Shown: piece after piece, positions 9,801-21,557 of the stretch
Position numbering within the stretch: the first letter of the stretch is position 1
Layout: the number at the start of each line of letters is the position of its first letter
From: Bacillales bacterium UBA2253
GTDB taxonomy: Bacteria > Bacillota_I > Bacilli_A > ML615J-28 > CAG-698
Length of the DNA: 53,157 nucleotides
Reading direction: 5' to 3'
Assembly (NCBI GenBank): GCA_002347755.1
Contig: DDXT01000036.1
Coordinates: 1 to 53,157 of the forward strand
Notes under the pieces: generated by a model
Seen by the model: the letters and a program-made list of their open reading frames with translations, nothing else
What the model was told of the DNA's origin: nothing
The model's database searches: none
Made by a program: the position numbers and the translations under genes

Positions 9801-9820
9801 AATGCTAGAAATCTAGCATT
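9801..9820. repeat. Flanking copy 2 of the duplicated dnaJ terminator hairpin
   Basis: aatgctagaaatctagcatt. It abuts and overlaps the dnaJ stop codon. Confidence 0.85.
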
Positions 9821-10938
9821 TAACTTTTAAAAAATTTCTTAATCTTATCAAAAATCGAAGATGATTTTTCATCAGTTCGCGATAATTTCAAGAACAGGTC
9901 TTTTTGTTCCGCTGATAATTTCGACGGTGTGATCAAGTTGGTGATGACAAATTGATTTCCGGCCATTCCGGTCCGGGAATTGTAAATTCCTTTGTTGGCC
10001 AATTTGAATTTCGTTCCGGTTTGGGTTCCGGCCGGAATTTTTAGATTGACATTTCCGGTCAGAGTCGGAATTTCAATGTTGTCACCCAAAGCCGCTTGGC
10101 TGAAAGTGATCGGCATCTCCAGGATAATGTTCAAATCATCGCGGATGAATATCTCATGCGGTTTGACGGAAACATTGACGTACAGATCGCCGTTCATGCC
10201 GCCATTGGCTCCGGCTTCGCCGTAACCCGACAGTTTGAATCCTTGGTTGTCATCAATTCCCGAAGGAATCTTGACTTTGATCTTGGTGGGTTTGCGAACC
10301 CGGCCTTCGCCGCCGCAGACCGGACATTTATTCTTGATTACTTTGCCTTTTCCGCCGCAAGTCGGGCAGGTTTGTTGCGTTTGGATGCGGCCGAACGGGG
10401 TATTTTGCTCGATCACGATCCGCCCTTGGCCCCTACATTTTGGGCACACGCCAACATCATTCTTGGATTGGGCACCCAAACCGGCACAAGCCGAGCAAGT
10501 GTCATATTTCGTGATGCTGATCTCTTTCTCGCAGCCAAAGGCCGCTTCTTCAAAAGAAATGGTAAGCGTGGTCCGCAGGTCCGAGCCGCGGCTGGTAGAA
10601 CTGGACGCGGATTCGCGTCTTCCTCCTCCGAAAATGGAAGAGAGAATGTCCTCAAAACCACCGAAGCCGCCAAAACCACCGCCGCCGAAATTAAAGCCTT
10701 CAAAACCCTGCCCCATATTCGGGGACTCATGACCAAATTGATTATATTGCTCCCGTTTAGCCGGGTCGCTCAAGACTTCGTAGGCTTCCTGAACCTCTTT
10801 GAATTTTTCGGTGGCTTTGGGTTCAGTGCTGACATCAGGATGGTATTTCTTGGCGAGGGCCCGGTAAGCCTTCTTTATTTCATCATCGGTGGCAGTCTTG
10901 GAAATTCCCAGAACTTCATAATAATCTCGTTTGGCCAT
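9820..10938 (-). CDS. dnaJ: Molecular chaperone DnaJ
   Basis: J-domain with HPD, G/F-rich linker, four CxxCxGxG zinc-finger repeats. Confidence 0.97.
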   Translation of the reverse strand: MAKRDYYEVLGISKTATDDEIKKAYRALAKKYHPDVSTEPKATEKFKEVQEAYEVLSDPAKREQYNQFGHESPNMGQGFEGFNFGGGGFGGFGGFEDILSSIFGGGRRESASSSTSRGSDLRTTLTISFEEAAFGCEKEISITKYDTCSACAGLGAQSKNDVGVCPKCRGQGRIVIEQNTPFGRIQTQQTCPTCGGKGKVIKNKCPVCGGEGRVRKPTKIKVKIPSGIDDNQGFKLSGYGEAGANGGMNGDLYVNVSVKPHEIFIRDDLNIILEMPITFSQAALGDNIEIPTLTGNVNLKIPAGTQTGTKFKLANKGIYNSRTGMAGNQFVITNLITPSKLSAEQKDLFLKLSRTDEKSSSIFDKIKKFFKS

Positions 10939-10966
10939 AATCTTCTCTTTCTGAAATGATTTTAAA

Positions 10967-13449
<2,483 letters not shown>

Positions 13450-13453
13450 TTTC

Positions 13454-14470
13454 TCATATTACCTTCTTAATGTTTTTTGCGATGTACTCTAGTAACGGAA
13501 TGACTTTTTGGTATTCCATTCGGGTGGGTCCGATGACCGCAATTGCCCCGAACTCTCCGTTTTCGATTTCATAAGGAACGGTTATCACCGTACAATCCTT
13601 CATGGCCTGAATTTGGTTTTCCTGGCCGATCCGCACGGTTATTCCGCGCTGTGAGACGTTGACTGCTTTAATGATGTCTTGATGTTCGATGGCATCAAGC
13701 AGTTCCCGGATTTTGGTGATGTTTTGAAATTCCGGTTGGCTCAGCATGTTGCTTTGCCCCGACAAAAAGTATTTGTCTTTGACCATTTCCGTAAACATGC
13801 GAATCAGAGCGGAAATCAAATCATCGTAGTATTCAAAATAAGCGTTGAGTTTTTGATCAGTAAGATGTTTCTTGAGCGTTTCATCAATTTTGGAAATCGG
13901 GCAATCGCACAATATTTCATTCAAAAACCCGATGACCCGCTCAATGTCGCGGACACTGATGTTTTCGGGAACAATGATCTTCTTGCTTTCAACATAACCC
14001 CGATCGGTTACCAGCATGACGACGGCCAAACGTTCCGAAAGCGAAATGAATTGGATTTTGCGAATCTTGGCGTTGTAACTGGCCGTTCCCAAAACCACCG
14101 CTGCATAATTGGTCAGTTCGGTAACCAAAGCCATCGATTCTTTGATGGCCTGTTCCCGGCTAATCAAGTCGCGATCGAATATTTCGTCAATCAGCGGAAA
14201 TGAATCGATCTGATGATTTTTTTCATCCAGAATCGATTGCACATACACCCGATATCCTTCTTCGGAGGGAACGCGGCCGCTGGAAGTATGGGTCTTGAGG
14301 ATCAATCCAAATTGCTCCAGTTCCGCCATATCATTGCGAATGGTCGCGGGAGAAACGTTAAGCAAAAATTCCGGGCGATCAGTCAAAGTCTTTGATCCCA
14401 CCGGCTCATTGGTTTTTACGTATTCTTCAACAATGGCTTTTAAAACCATGGTTTGTCTGGAAGATAACAT
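13454..14470 (-). CDS. hrcA: Heat-inducible transcription repressor HrcA
   Basis: MLSSRQTMVLKAIVEEYVKTNEPVGSK.... The start was trimmed from 14539 to the ATG at 14470, which follows AGGAGA. CIRCE operators lie upstream. Confidence 0.93.
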   Translation of the reverse strand: MLSSRQTMVLKAIVEEYVKTNEPVGSKTLTDRPEFLLNVSPATIRNDMAELEQFGLILKTHTSSGRVPSEEGYRVYVQSILDEKNHQIDSFPLIDEIFDRDLISREQAIKESMALVTELTNYAAVVLGTASYNAKIRKIQFISLSERLAVVMLVTDRGYVESKKIIVPENISVRDIERVIGFLNEILCDCPISKIDETLKKHLTDQKLNAYFEYYDDLISALIRMFTEMVKDKYFLSGQSNMLSQPEFQNITKIRELLDAIEHQDIIKAVNVSQRGITVRIGQENQIQAMKDCTVITVPYEIENGEFGAIAVIGPTRMEYQKVIPLLEYIAKNIKKVI

Positions 14471-14479
14471 AGCGTCTCC

Positions 14480-14506
14480 TTGACACTCCGCTCTTCGGAA
14501 TGCTAA
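14480..14506 (-). promoter_or_regulatory. CIRCE-like operator 2 (between -10 and RBS of hrcA)
   Basis: TTGACACTC-N9-GAATGCTAA versus the consensus TTAGCACTC-N9-GAGTGCTAA (15/18). Confidence 0.6.
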
Positions 14507-14510
14507 AAGT

Positions 14511-14539
14511 ATTATACACCTTTTTGTTAGCACTGTCAA
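14511..14539 (-). promoter_or_regulatory. SigA-type promoter of the hrcA operon
   Basis: On the minus strand TTGACA (14539-14534), 17-nt spacer, TATAAT (14516-14511). Confidence 0.65.
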
Positions 14540-14553
14540 GTTGTGTTTGCTAA
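14527..14553 (-). promoter_or_regulatory. CIRCE-like operator 1 (overlaps the -35)
   Basis: TTAGCACTG-N9-GTTTGCTAA versus the CIRCE consensus (15/18). Confidence 0.65.
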
Positions 14554-14602
14554 TTTTTTAAAATAATTTTAAAAGAAGGGCGAGATTTTCGCACTTCTTT
14601 GG

Positions 14603-15049
14603 TTAAACCGGTTTCTCGAGAATCTTTTTGATCAACTCCAAATGCTCAAGATCCAGTTTTTTTATGTCTTCAAAAATTTGACATTGAACGAATTCGTCAA
14701 AAGCATGGAAAACGATGTCGCCTTTGAAGGAAATTTTGGTTTTTCTCCCGAGTGCTTCAAAGCCGTAGGAGTAAGTCTCCAGGATTGAAATCCGGTCGTT
14801 TTCCACCAAGATGCGCTTTTCCGGTTCAAACTCTTTGATGGTGATGATGCTGCTGACGAGTTTACCGTCAATTTTAAGCGTGAAAAGCAAATTCGTCCCC
14901 GTACCAACGAATCCCCCGGAGACGTTTTCCATTTGTTTCGCATTGGGAAAAGATTGGATTATTTTCTTGAGGTCCGTAAAAAAACCAAAGGTTTTTTGGA
15001 CTGGGCAATTGACAAGTATTTCGTTTTCAATCAAGTGCATGAAGCGCAT
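14603..15049 (-). CDS. Hypothetical protein, possibly SRPBCC/START-like fold
   Basis: 148-aa ORF with a terminator-like hairpin downstream. No diagnostic motif recognised. Confidence 0.4.
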   Translation of the reverse strand: MRFMHLIENEILVNCPVQKTFGFFTDLKKIIQSFPNAKQMENVSGGFVGTGTNLLFTLKIDGKLVSSIITIKEFEPEKRILVENDRISILETYSYGFEALGRKTKISFKGDIVFHAFDEFVQCQIFEDIKKLDLEHLELIKKILEKPV

Positions 15050-15069
15050 ACCGCCTTTTCTAGATTTGT

Positions 15070-16434
15070 TTATCTTGATTTTAAGTAAGCGTCAATGGCA
15101 AAAGCGGCCTGTTTTCCGGCTCCCATCGCCAAAATGACGGTCGCCGCGCCGGTAACGATGTCCCCGCCCGCGAAAACACCGGGGATGGTCGTCATCAAAT
15201 TGGCATCAATGATCAAGCAACCGTGTCGATCCGTTTTAAGGTTAGGGGTGGCCCCCGCCAAAAGTGGGTTGGGGAAATTACCCAGCGCCATGATGACGGT
15301 GTCGACTTCAAGAACGAAATTGGAATCCGGTTTGACGATCGGGCTTCTCCTACCGCTTCCATCCGGTTCTCCGAGGACCATTTCCACACACTCGATGCCT
15401 TTTACATTATGAGCTTCGTCGCCAATGACCCGAACCGGGTTGGTTAGAATCCGGAAATTGATGCCTTCTTCTTGGGCGTGTTCGACTTCTTCCAGCCGAG
15501 CTGGCATTTCTTCGAAACTGCGTCGGTAAATGATGTAAACTTCTTCCGCCTGGAGACGCTTGGCGCAACGAGCGGCATCCATGGCGACGTTTCCGCCGCC
15601 GACCACGGCGATCTTTTTCATTCTCTTCAATGGGGTATCGTAATCCGGCTGATTGGCTTTCATCAGATTGACTCTGGTCAAAAACTCATTGGCAGAGTAA
15701 ACGCCGTTTTGATTTTCGCCGGGGATATCCATGAATTTCGGGAGTCCGGCTCCGCTTCCGATGAAGATGGCGCCGTAGCCGTTTTCAAACAGATCATCAA
15801 TGGTCAAGGTTTTCCCGATGACCGTATCAACATGAAATTTGATTCCCAGTTTTTTAAGATTGTCGATTTCGCCGCGGACGATTTGTTTCGGAAGCCGAAA
15901 TTCGGGGATCCCGTAAATCAGAACGCCGCCGGCCGTTTGCATGGCTTCGAAAACATCGACTTCATAGCCCAAGCTTCCGAGAACCCCGCTACAAGCCAGC
16001 CCGGCTGGGCCGCTGCCAACAATGGCCACTTTGCCTTTGGTTGGTTTGAGGAAGTTTAATTCTTTTTTGGTGACATGATCAGCGGTAAAACGCTCCAGCC
16101 GACCAATGGCAACGGCTTCGCCTTTGATTCCCCGCACACAAACGGCTTCGCATTGCGTTTCCTGAGGACAAACCCGGCCGCATACTCCCGGAAGCAAATT
16201 GGCTTCGGTAATTATTTGATAAGCGCCGTTAATGTCATGATTGCGAAGTTTGTTGATGAATCCGGGAATATTAATGCTGACCGGACAGCCTTTGATGCAG
16301 GGTGCGCTTTTACAGCTCAAACAGCGCGAGGCTTCCAAAAGAGCTTCGTTTTCGGTGTAACCCAAAGCCACTTCTTCGAAATTGGTGATTCTTTTTACCG
16401 CATCTTGAATGCTCATTGGCGTTTTTTTATTCAT
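15070..16434 (-). CDS. NADPH-dependent glutamate-synthase beta-chain-like oxidoreductase (NfnB/SudA type)
   Basis: N-terminal Cys clusters (CLSCKSAPC...CP; CGRVCP), two Rossmann GxGxxG motifs (VAIVGSGPAG, IAVVGGGNVAMD). Confidence 0.8.
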   Translation of the reverse strand: MNKKTPMSIQDAVKRITNFEEVALGYTENEALLEASRCLSCKSAPCIKGCPVSINIPGFINKLRNHDINGAYQIITEANLLPGVCGRVCPQETQCEAVCVRGIKGEAVAIGRLERFTADHVTKKELNFLKPTKGKVAIVGSGPAGLACSGVLGSLGYEVDVFEAMQTAGGVLIYGIPEFRLPKQIVRGEIDNLKKLGIKFHVDTVIGKTLTIDDLFENGYGAIFIGSGAGLPKFMDIPGENQNGVYSANEFLTRVNLMKANQPDYDTPLKRMKKIAVVGGGNVAMDAARCAKRLQAEEVYIIYRRSFEEMPARLEEVEHAQEEGINFRILTNPVRVIGDEAHNVKGIECVEMVLGEPDGSGRRSPIVKPDSNFVLEVDTVIMALGNFPNPLLAGATPNLKTDRHGCLIIDANLMTTIPGVFAGGDIVTGAATVILAMGAGKQAAFAIDAYLKSR

Positions 16435-17257
16435 TTTTGTTCACTAGCCGGCAATTGGCCTCACGCTCTTCGTTTTGATACATCCGCACGCGGGCGATCG
16501 CTTCATCATAATCAATGGCAAAGCCATCAAAATCCGGACCATCCACGCAAGCGAATTTCGTTTTTCCATTAACGGTCAAACGGCAGCAGCCGCACATCCC
16601 GGTTCCGTCAATCATGATCGGATTCATGCTCACCGTGGTCTTTTGATCATATTTTTTTGTTAATAAACTGACATATTTCATCATCGGCAGCGGGCCGATG
16701 GCAAATACTTCGTCATAACGGATTCCTTGATCCAACAATTCTTTTAAGACTTCGGTGACCAGGCCTTTTCTTTCATACGATCCATCGTCGGTCGTGAAAT
16801 AAGTATGCTGGCTTAAGCTTCGAAATTCTTTTTCCAAAATGATCAATTCTTTGTTTCGGAAGCCGATGATGATGTCAACTTCGGTTCCTTGTTGATGCAA
16901 AGCTTTGGCAATGGGGTAACAGATGGCGGTCCCGACCCCGCCCGCGACCACGCAAGCGCGTTTTAAGCCGGAAATTTGAGTCGGTTTTCCAAGCGGCCCG
17001 ACGAAATCGAGGATCTCGGCGCCGACTTCCAAGCGGTTTAGCTTATTGGTCGTAAGGCCCACGATTTGAAAAATGATGGTGACGGTTCCCTTTTGAGCAT
17101 CCGTTCCCGCGATCGTCAAGGGGATCCGCTCCCCGTGGTCATCGACTCGCAAAACGACGAACTGACCAGCCCGAGCCCGCTTGGAGATCTCCGGGGCTTC
17201 AACTTCCATCAAGGTAACGCTGGGGTTCAAAGGTTCTTTTTTAACAATTTTCGCCAT
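16427..17257 (-). CDS. PyrK-like FAD/NAD-binding [2Fe-2S] subunit (NfnA/SudB type)
   Basis: 276 aa. Ferredoxin-reductase fold and a C-terminal GTGMCGCCR...C cluster. Overlaps the large-subunit gene by 8 nt. Confidence 0.75.
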   Translation of the reverse strand: MAKIVKKEPLNPSVTLMEVEAPEISKRARAGQFVVLRVDDHGERIPLTIAGTDAQKGTVTIIFQIVGLTTNKLNRLEVGAEILDFVGPLGKPTQISGLKRACVVAGGVGTAICYPIAKALHQQGTEVDIIIGFRNKELIILEKEFRSLSQHTYFTTDDGSYERKGLVTEVLKELLDQGIRYDEVFAIGPLPMMKYVSLLTKKYDQKTTVSMNPIMIDGTGMCGCCRLTVNGKTKFACVDGPDFDGFAIDYDEAIARVRMYQNEEREANCRLVNKNE

Positions 17258-17876
17258 TTTTTCTCCTAATGAAATATCGGTTGTGTTCTTTTTCGTAATT
17301 CAAAGTGGTCGATTCCCCATGTCCGGGAAAGACCCGGTAATCACGTCTGAGATTGCGAAGTTTTTCGATCGTCAGCTGCATGCTGCAAGAATTTCCAGTA
17401 TAAAGGTCGGTCCGCCCGACCGTCCCTCGGAAAAGGGTGTCGCCGCTGAACATTAGGTTTCCCGTCAAAATGCAGATCGAGCAGTCCGTATGACCCGGAG
17501 TCTCGATGATCATTAGTTTTTCTTCCAAGACCTCGATCATCGAACGATCATGAACGATGACTTTTTGTTCGGCCTTGATGTCATAAGACAGCCTTTCTTC
17601 AAAAAAGGCAGAATAATTCTTTTGGGAGTCCGTTAGTTTTTCTTCGCATTTCTTGTGCATGTAAATTTTTATGTTGTCTTTCATTAAATAGGAGGATAAT
17701 TGATTGATGTGGTCGACGTGCCCGTGCGTGATGATCACTCCCGCGAGCACCGCCGTTTCATTTTTAAAAACTCGTTCATAACTAACGCAAGGATCAATGA
17801 CGATGGCTTTGATCCTGTCAGTCAACAAATAACAATTCGCGCCCAGGATGTCCGAAACAAAAGTTTTAGTTTCCAT
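17241..17876 (-). CDS. MBL-fold metallo-hydrolase
   Basis: THGHVDH motif. The start was trimmed from 17939 to METKTF (ATG at 17876). Confidence 0.75.
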   Translation of the reverse strand: METKTFVSDILGANCYLLTDRIKAIVIDPCVSYERVFKNETAVLAGVIITHGHVDHINQLSSYLMKDNIKIYMHKKCEEKLTDSQKNYSAFFEERLSYDIKAEQKVIVHDRSMIEVLEEKLMIIETPGHTDCSICILTGNLMFSGDTLFRGTVGRTDLYTGNSCSMQLTIEKLRNLRRDYRVFPGHGESTTLNYEKEHNRYFIRRKNGENC

Positions 17877-18789
17877 AGATTTTTTTGCGAACGGCGAAAC
17901 CATCGCCGTATATTCCGGCGTCGTTCCCGAGTTCCGCAAGACGGAATTCGGTGTCGCGAACGGAGTAGAAAGCCAATTCGCGGAACCGCTTTTGCAATCT
18001 GGTCAATAAAAAGCCCCCGGCTTTGCTCACGCCCCCGCCAATCAGGATGGCTTCGGGATTAATTATATTGGCAATGGCCGCGGTCGCCGTCGCGAGTTTT
18101 TCAATCATTTGGGCCACCACTTCCAAACAAACCTCATCCCCCAGTTTCGCCTGATCAAAAATGTTTTTGGAGGTCACTTCAATGCGGTTTAAAACGGTAT
18201 CTCGTCCCTGGCGAAGCTGATTTCCCGTTTTCACGATGCCAGTCGCGCTGGCATATTGTTCGATGCAATCATAAAGCCCGCAAGTGCATTGTCTTTCATT
18301 TCCGAAAGCGACGCGAATGTGGCCGATTTCTCCGGACGAGCCAGTGGCTCCTTCAACCAGCTGCCCATTGATGACGATTCCGCCGCCGATCCCGGTCCCG
18401 ATGGTCATGAAAACAAAATTTTGATATTTTTTAGCTCCGCCTTGGTCCATTTCCCCAAGCGCGGCGCTGTTGGCATCATTCAGCACGGCGATCTCGCAAT
18501 TCGGATATCGTTCTTTGAGGATCCGCTGGGCTTCGATCCGTTTCCAGTTCAGGTTTTGCGCGCCTAAGACGACGCCGTTCACCACCGGTCCCGGAACGCC
18601 GATGCCGATGCCTTCGGCCGTGTCGTTTTGCGTCAGTTCATCGATTTTTAGAAAGATATCGGAAAAAATATGGTTTCCGCCATCGCTGACATTGGTTTTG
18701 ATCGAGGTCTTCAAAACCAAATGTTCCTGATAGAATTTACCGATTTTGATCTCGGTTCCCCCGATGTCAATTCCGAATATGCAGTTCAT
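17866..18789 (-). CDS. glcK: ROK-family glucokinase
   Basis: GIDIGGT N-terminus and ROK signature with CxCGxxxC (CTCGLYDC). Confidence 0.8.
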   Translation of the reverse strand: MNCIFGIDIGGTEIKIGKFYQEHLVLKTSIKTNVSDGGNHIFSDIFLKIDELTQNDTAEGIGIGVPGPVVNGVVLGAQNLNWKRIEAQRILKERYPNCEIAVLNDANSAALGEMDQGGAKKYQNFVFMTIGTGIGGGIVINGQLVEGATGSSGEIGHIRVAFGNERQCTCGLYDCIEQYASATGIVKTGNQLRQGRDTVLNRIEVTSKNIFDQAKLGDEVCLEVVAQMIEKLATATAAIANIINPEAILIGGGVSKAGGFLLTRLQKRFRELAFYSVRDTEFRLAELGNDAGIYGDGFAVRKKIYGN

Positions 18790-18848
18790 AATTTCCCTCC
18801 AACATGTTTATCATTATAACATGCCAATCTTCGTTTGTTAAGAAAATC

Positions 18849-18874
18849 CAAAAAAAACAGAGGGTAAACTCTGT
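18849..18874 (-). terminator. Intrinsic terminator after rsfS
   Basis: Stem acagag/ctctgt plus T7 on the minus strand, 10 nt past the stop. Confidence 0.65.
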
Positions 18875-18884
18875 ATTTTAGATA

Positions 18885-19226
18885 TCAGATCAAATCAGCG
18901 AGGTCGATTTGGGGCAGATCTTTCCAAAGTTTGTCTAAATCGTAGCGCTCCCGCTCTTCAGCGGTAAAGACGTGAACGATGACATCGCCCAGATCGGCCA
19001 ATACCCAAGAACCGCTTTGTTTTCCTTCCACCCCGCGAATGCCGATCAAGCCCTCGTCTTCGGCTTGGCGAAAATGACCGACGACTGACGAAAGCATCCG
19101 TCCGGATAAGGCGGTCATGACGATCGCATAATCGTAGAAAGGGGTCAAATGGCCGGTCTTGTAGATCCGAACATCTTTGACTTTCATGGAATTGATGATT
19201 TTGGCGATGTTTTTAAGCGAATCCAT
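18885..19226 (-). CDS. rsfS: Ribosomal silencing factor RsfS
   Basis: MDSLKNIAKIINSMKVKDVRIY...YDYAIVMTALS.... The start was trimmed from 19313. TAATG overlap with yqeK. Confidence 0.85.
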   Translation of the reverse strand: MDSLKNIAKIINSMKVKDVRIYKTGHLTPFYDYAIVMTALSGRMLSSVVGHFRQAEDEGLIGIRGVEGKQSGSWVLADLGDVIVHVFTAEERERYDLDKLWKDLPQIDLADLI

Positions 19227-19807
19227 TAATCCTCCCGATATTTTTGATACATGGTTTTCAATTCTTCGGTTACGAATTGAGGTTCCTTGAGCATCCGCTG
19301 ATGGATTTTGCAAGCAATGGCTTGGTGAAAATCGACTTTGGAAAGGGCTTTGGCTTCCCGGAAATACTCGCCTTCGCGGGTTTCATCGGTATAATCAGCC
19401 AGAAAAATGATCTCGGAAAGCAAACTCATGTTGCTTCCTCCTAAAGTATGATCGCGGATGGCGTCCAGGATCTCCGGATCGTCGATCCCCAATTCTTTTT
19501 TGACCACGTATCCCCCCAGGATCGAATGCCAAATCTTGGGGCTGGTCTCCAAAAGCTGTTTGTCTAAATGGTTTTCTTTAATGATTTGGACATATTCTTC
19601 CCAGGTGGTGAATTTGGCGTAATCATGAAGCAAAGCCGCCACCATCAGTTTGTGTTCATCGACGGGCAGGCTAAAGGTTTTCTTTATTTCCAAAGCTTTT
19701 TTCAAAACGCCGAGCGAATGGCGGTAGCGGGATTCGGCCCGGGGGCTCTGACTATTTTGGAATTTGTTCCAAAGAATTTTTTTGTATTCCTCGAGGCTAT
19801 CTTTCAT
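19226..19807 (-). CDS. yqeK: HD-domain protein YqeK (bis(5'-nucleosyl)-tetraphosphatase-like)
   Basis: RYRHSLGV...LLHDYAK HD motifs. Located between yqeH and rsfS. The start was trimmed from 19852. Confidence 0.8.
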   Translation of the reverse strand: MKDSLEEYKKILWNKFQNSQSPRAESRYRHSLGVLKKALEIKKTFSLPVDEHKLMVAALLHDYAKFTTWEEYVQIIKENHLDKQLLETSPKIWHSILGGYVVKKELGIDDPEILDAIRDHTLGGSNMSLLSEIIFLADYTDETREGEYFREAKALSKVDFHQAIACKIHQRMLKEPQFVTEELKTMYQKYRED

Positions 19808-20901
19808 ACAATGGCCTCGCGAATCCCGATCTTGATCTTTTCGAAGCTCCAAACTTCGATTTCTCCGTTTCCAACCAAAGCAACAAACCCAAGTCCGCTG
19901 ATGGTCAAATCCTTTTTATCTTCGGCGAAAGTGAATTTGTGAGCCACCATTTTTCCCATTTTGGATCGCTCGTTTTCATTTGGGATCTTCAAAAGGTCAT
20001 CTTTGTGTTCGGCGTAAAAAGCATCGGCGTTTTCCAATTTGGTCCGGTGAATGACCACACCCGAAGGAACGTTGACGATCATCGACGACCGGGTCCCTTT
20101 GAGGAACTTGATGATGACAAAGCCGCCAATGAACAAAGCTTGTTCCGGGTTTAACTGATAAGCCGCCGGTTTGATGAAGGTCTTGGGAGTCAATAGATTC
20201 AGGTTGGCTTTATCGAGGTAATAAGTGACCTGAAAATCGTTGATGATCCCCGGCGAATCAATGATGAAGGTTCCGTTTGGCAAGCCGATTTTTATGAAGT
20301 CCAGCGTGGTGCTGATCGAATTGTTGACGACAATGCGGGCATCCTTTTTGTAAAAACGGTTAATGCCGTTGATGATGGAAGATTTCCCGGTATTGGTCAT
20401 CCCGAAAAGATAAACATCTTGGCCGTCTTGCATGTCATGAATGTTTTTTAACAGCCGTTTGATGTCCTCTTCGTTCAAACTGGAGATGATCAGCGTTTTT
20501 TCGGCGTGAATGTTTTGGTTTTTCAGAAATTCGTTCAGATAAGTCCGGACTTTGGTGACTTTGACGGAATTTAGGAACAAGTCGAATTTGTTGGCAACCA
20601 ACAAAATCCGATTGTTCGGAAAGTATTCGTTGATTTTTTTAATGACCGTCCCGTCGAGATCGAAGATGTCGACGACATGAACGACCAGACTGCCACTGGC
20701 TGCAATTTTCTGGACATTTTCCAAAAATCCGGCTTCGCTGTATTCGACTTCGGTGTTGCGATTGTAATGTAAAAGATTGAAACAACGTTCGCAATAGAAA
20801 TTATCGGGGTTTTTCAAATATACTTCGCTTTTGATATATCCTTTTTGAGTGGGATCAGTGGTTTGGATCTTGGCTCCGCAACCTTCACATCTAGTTTTCA
20901 T
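19804..20901 (-). CDS. yqeH: Ribosome-biogenesis GTPase YqeH
   Basis: N-terminal CxxC...CxxC zinc finger. Circularly permuted GTPase motifs (NKFD ... GMTNTGKSS). Confidence 0.88.
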   Translation of the reverse strand: MKTRCEGCGAKIQTTDPTQKGYIKSEVYLKNPDNFYCERCFNLLHYNRNTEVEYSEAGFLENVQKIAASGSLVVHVVDIFDLDGTVIKKINEYFPNNRILLVANKFDLFLNSVKVTKVRTYLNEFLKNQNIHAEKTLIISSLNEEDIKRLLKNIHDMQDGQDVYLFGMTNTGKSSIINGINRFYKKDARIVVNNSISTTLDFIKIGLPNGTFIIDSPGIINDFQVTYYLDKANLNLLTPKTFIKPAAYQLNPEQALFIGGFVIIKFLKGTRSSMIVNVPSGVVIHRTKLENADAFYAEHKDDLLKIPNENERSKMGKMVAHKFTFAEDKKDLTISGLGFVALVGNGEIEVWSFEKIKIGIREAIV

Positions 20902-21452
20902 TCCATTATTTCCTTTATCTTTCCGTATGTATCCGGATATTTTTCTTTCATTTCCGCGATGATCCGGCTCTCAGTCCGGCGGTTGATCTTGGTAAACCAT
21001 TTTTCGTTTTTCTTTTTCAAAGCTCGGACCAAAATGATGTCCAGGCCGCTGCGTCTTGAACCCAAGACATCGGTAAGAATTTGGTCTCCGACCGAAAGGA
21101 CCTCCACGTTTGGACAGCCGGCCATTTTTTTGGCTCTTCGGTATCCCCATTTCAAAGGTTTGTTTGAATTGGCTACAAATCGCTCTCCGGCCGCATCAGC
21201 GAATTTCTTAACCCGTTTTTTATGATTGTTGGACATGAAAATGATCTGAAACCCGATTTTTTTAATCTGGGCAAACAATTCCTTAAGAGGCTGGGTCGGC
21301 AGGTCTTCGTCATAAGGAACCAATGTATTGTCAATATCAAAAAAAATGACTCTTTTTCCAAGATCAAACATTTGTTGGTAATCTATGTGGTAAACGTCCA
21401 AGCTGCAATCGCTGGGAACAAATTTCTTTAATCCAAAAATAAATGTGAGCAT
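20898..21452 (-). CDS. yqeG: YqeG-family HAD phosphatase
   Basis: FFDIDNTL (DxDxT), SNN, GDQILTD motifs. Upstream of yqeH as in Bacillus. Confidence 0.85.
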   Translation of the reverse strand: MLTFIFGLKKFVPSDCSLDVYHIDYQQMFDLGKRVIFFDIDNTLVPYDEDLPTQPLKELFAQIKKIGFQIIFMSNNHKKRVKKFADAAGERFVANSNKPLKWGYRRAKKMAGCPNVEVLSVGDQILTDVLGSRRSGLDIILVRALKKKNEKWFTKINRRTESRIIAEMKEKYPDTYGKIKEIME

Positions 21453-21557
21453 AGCTCCTCCGCTGAATTCATTATATCAAAAATCACTGCATAAGTCCAA
21501 AGAAAGAAAAAAACCATTTAGAAAAACTAAACAGATTTCCTCTTTCCAATGGTTTAT

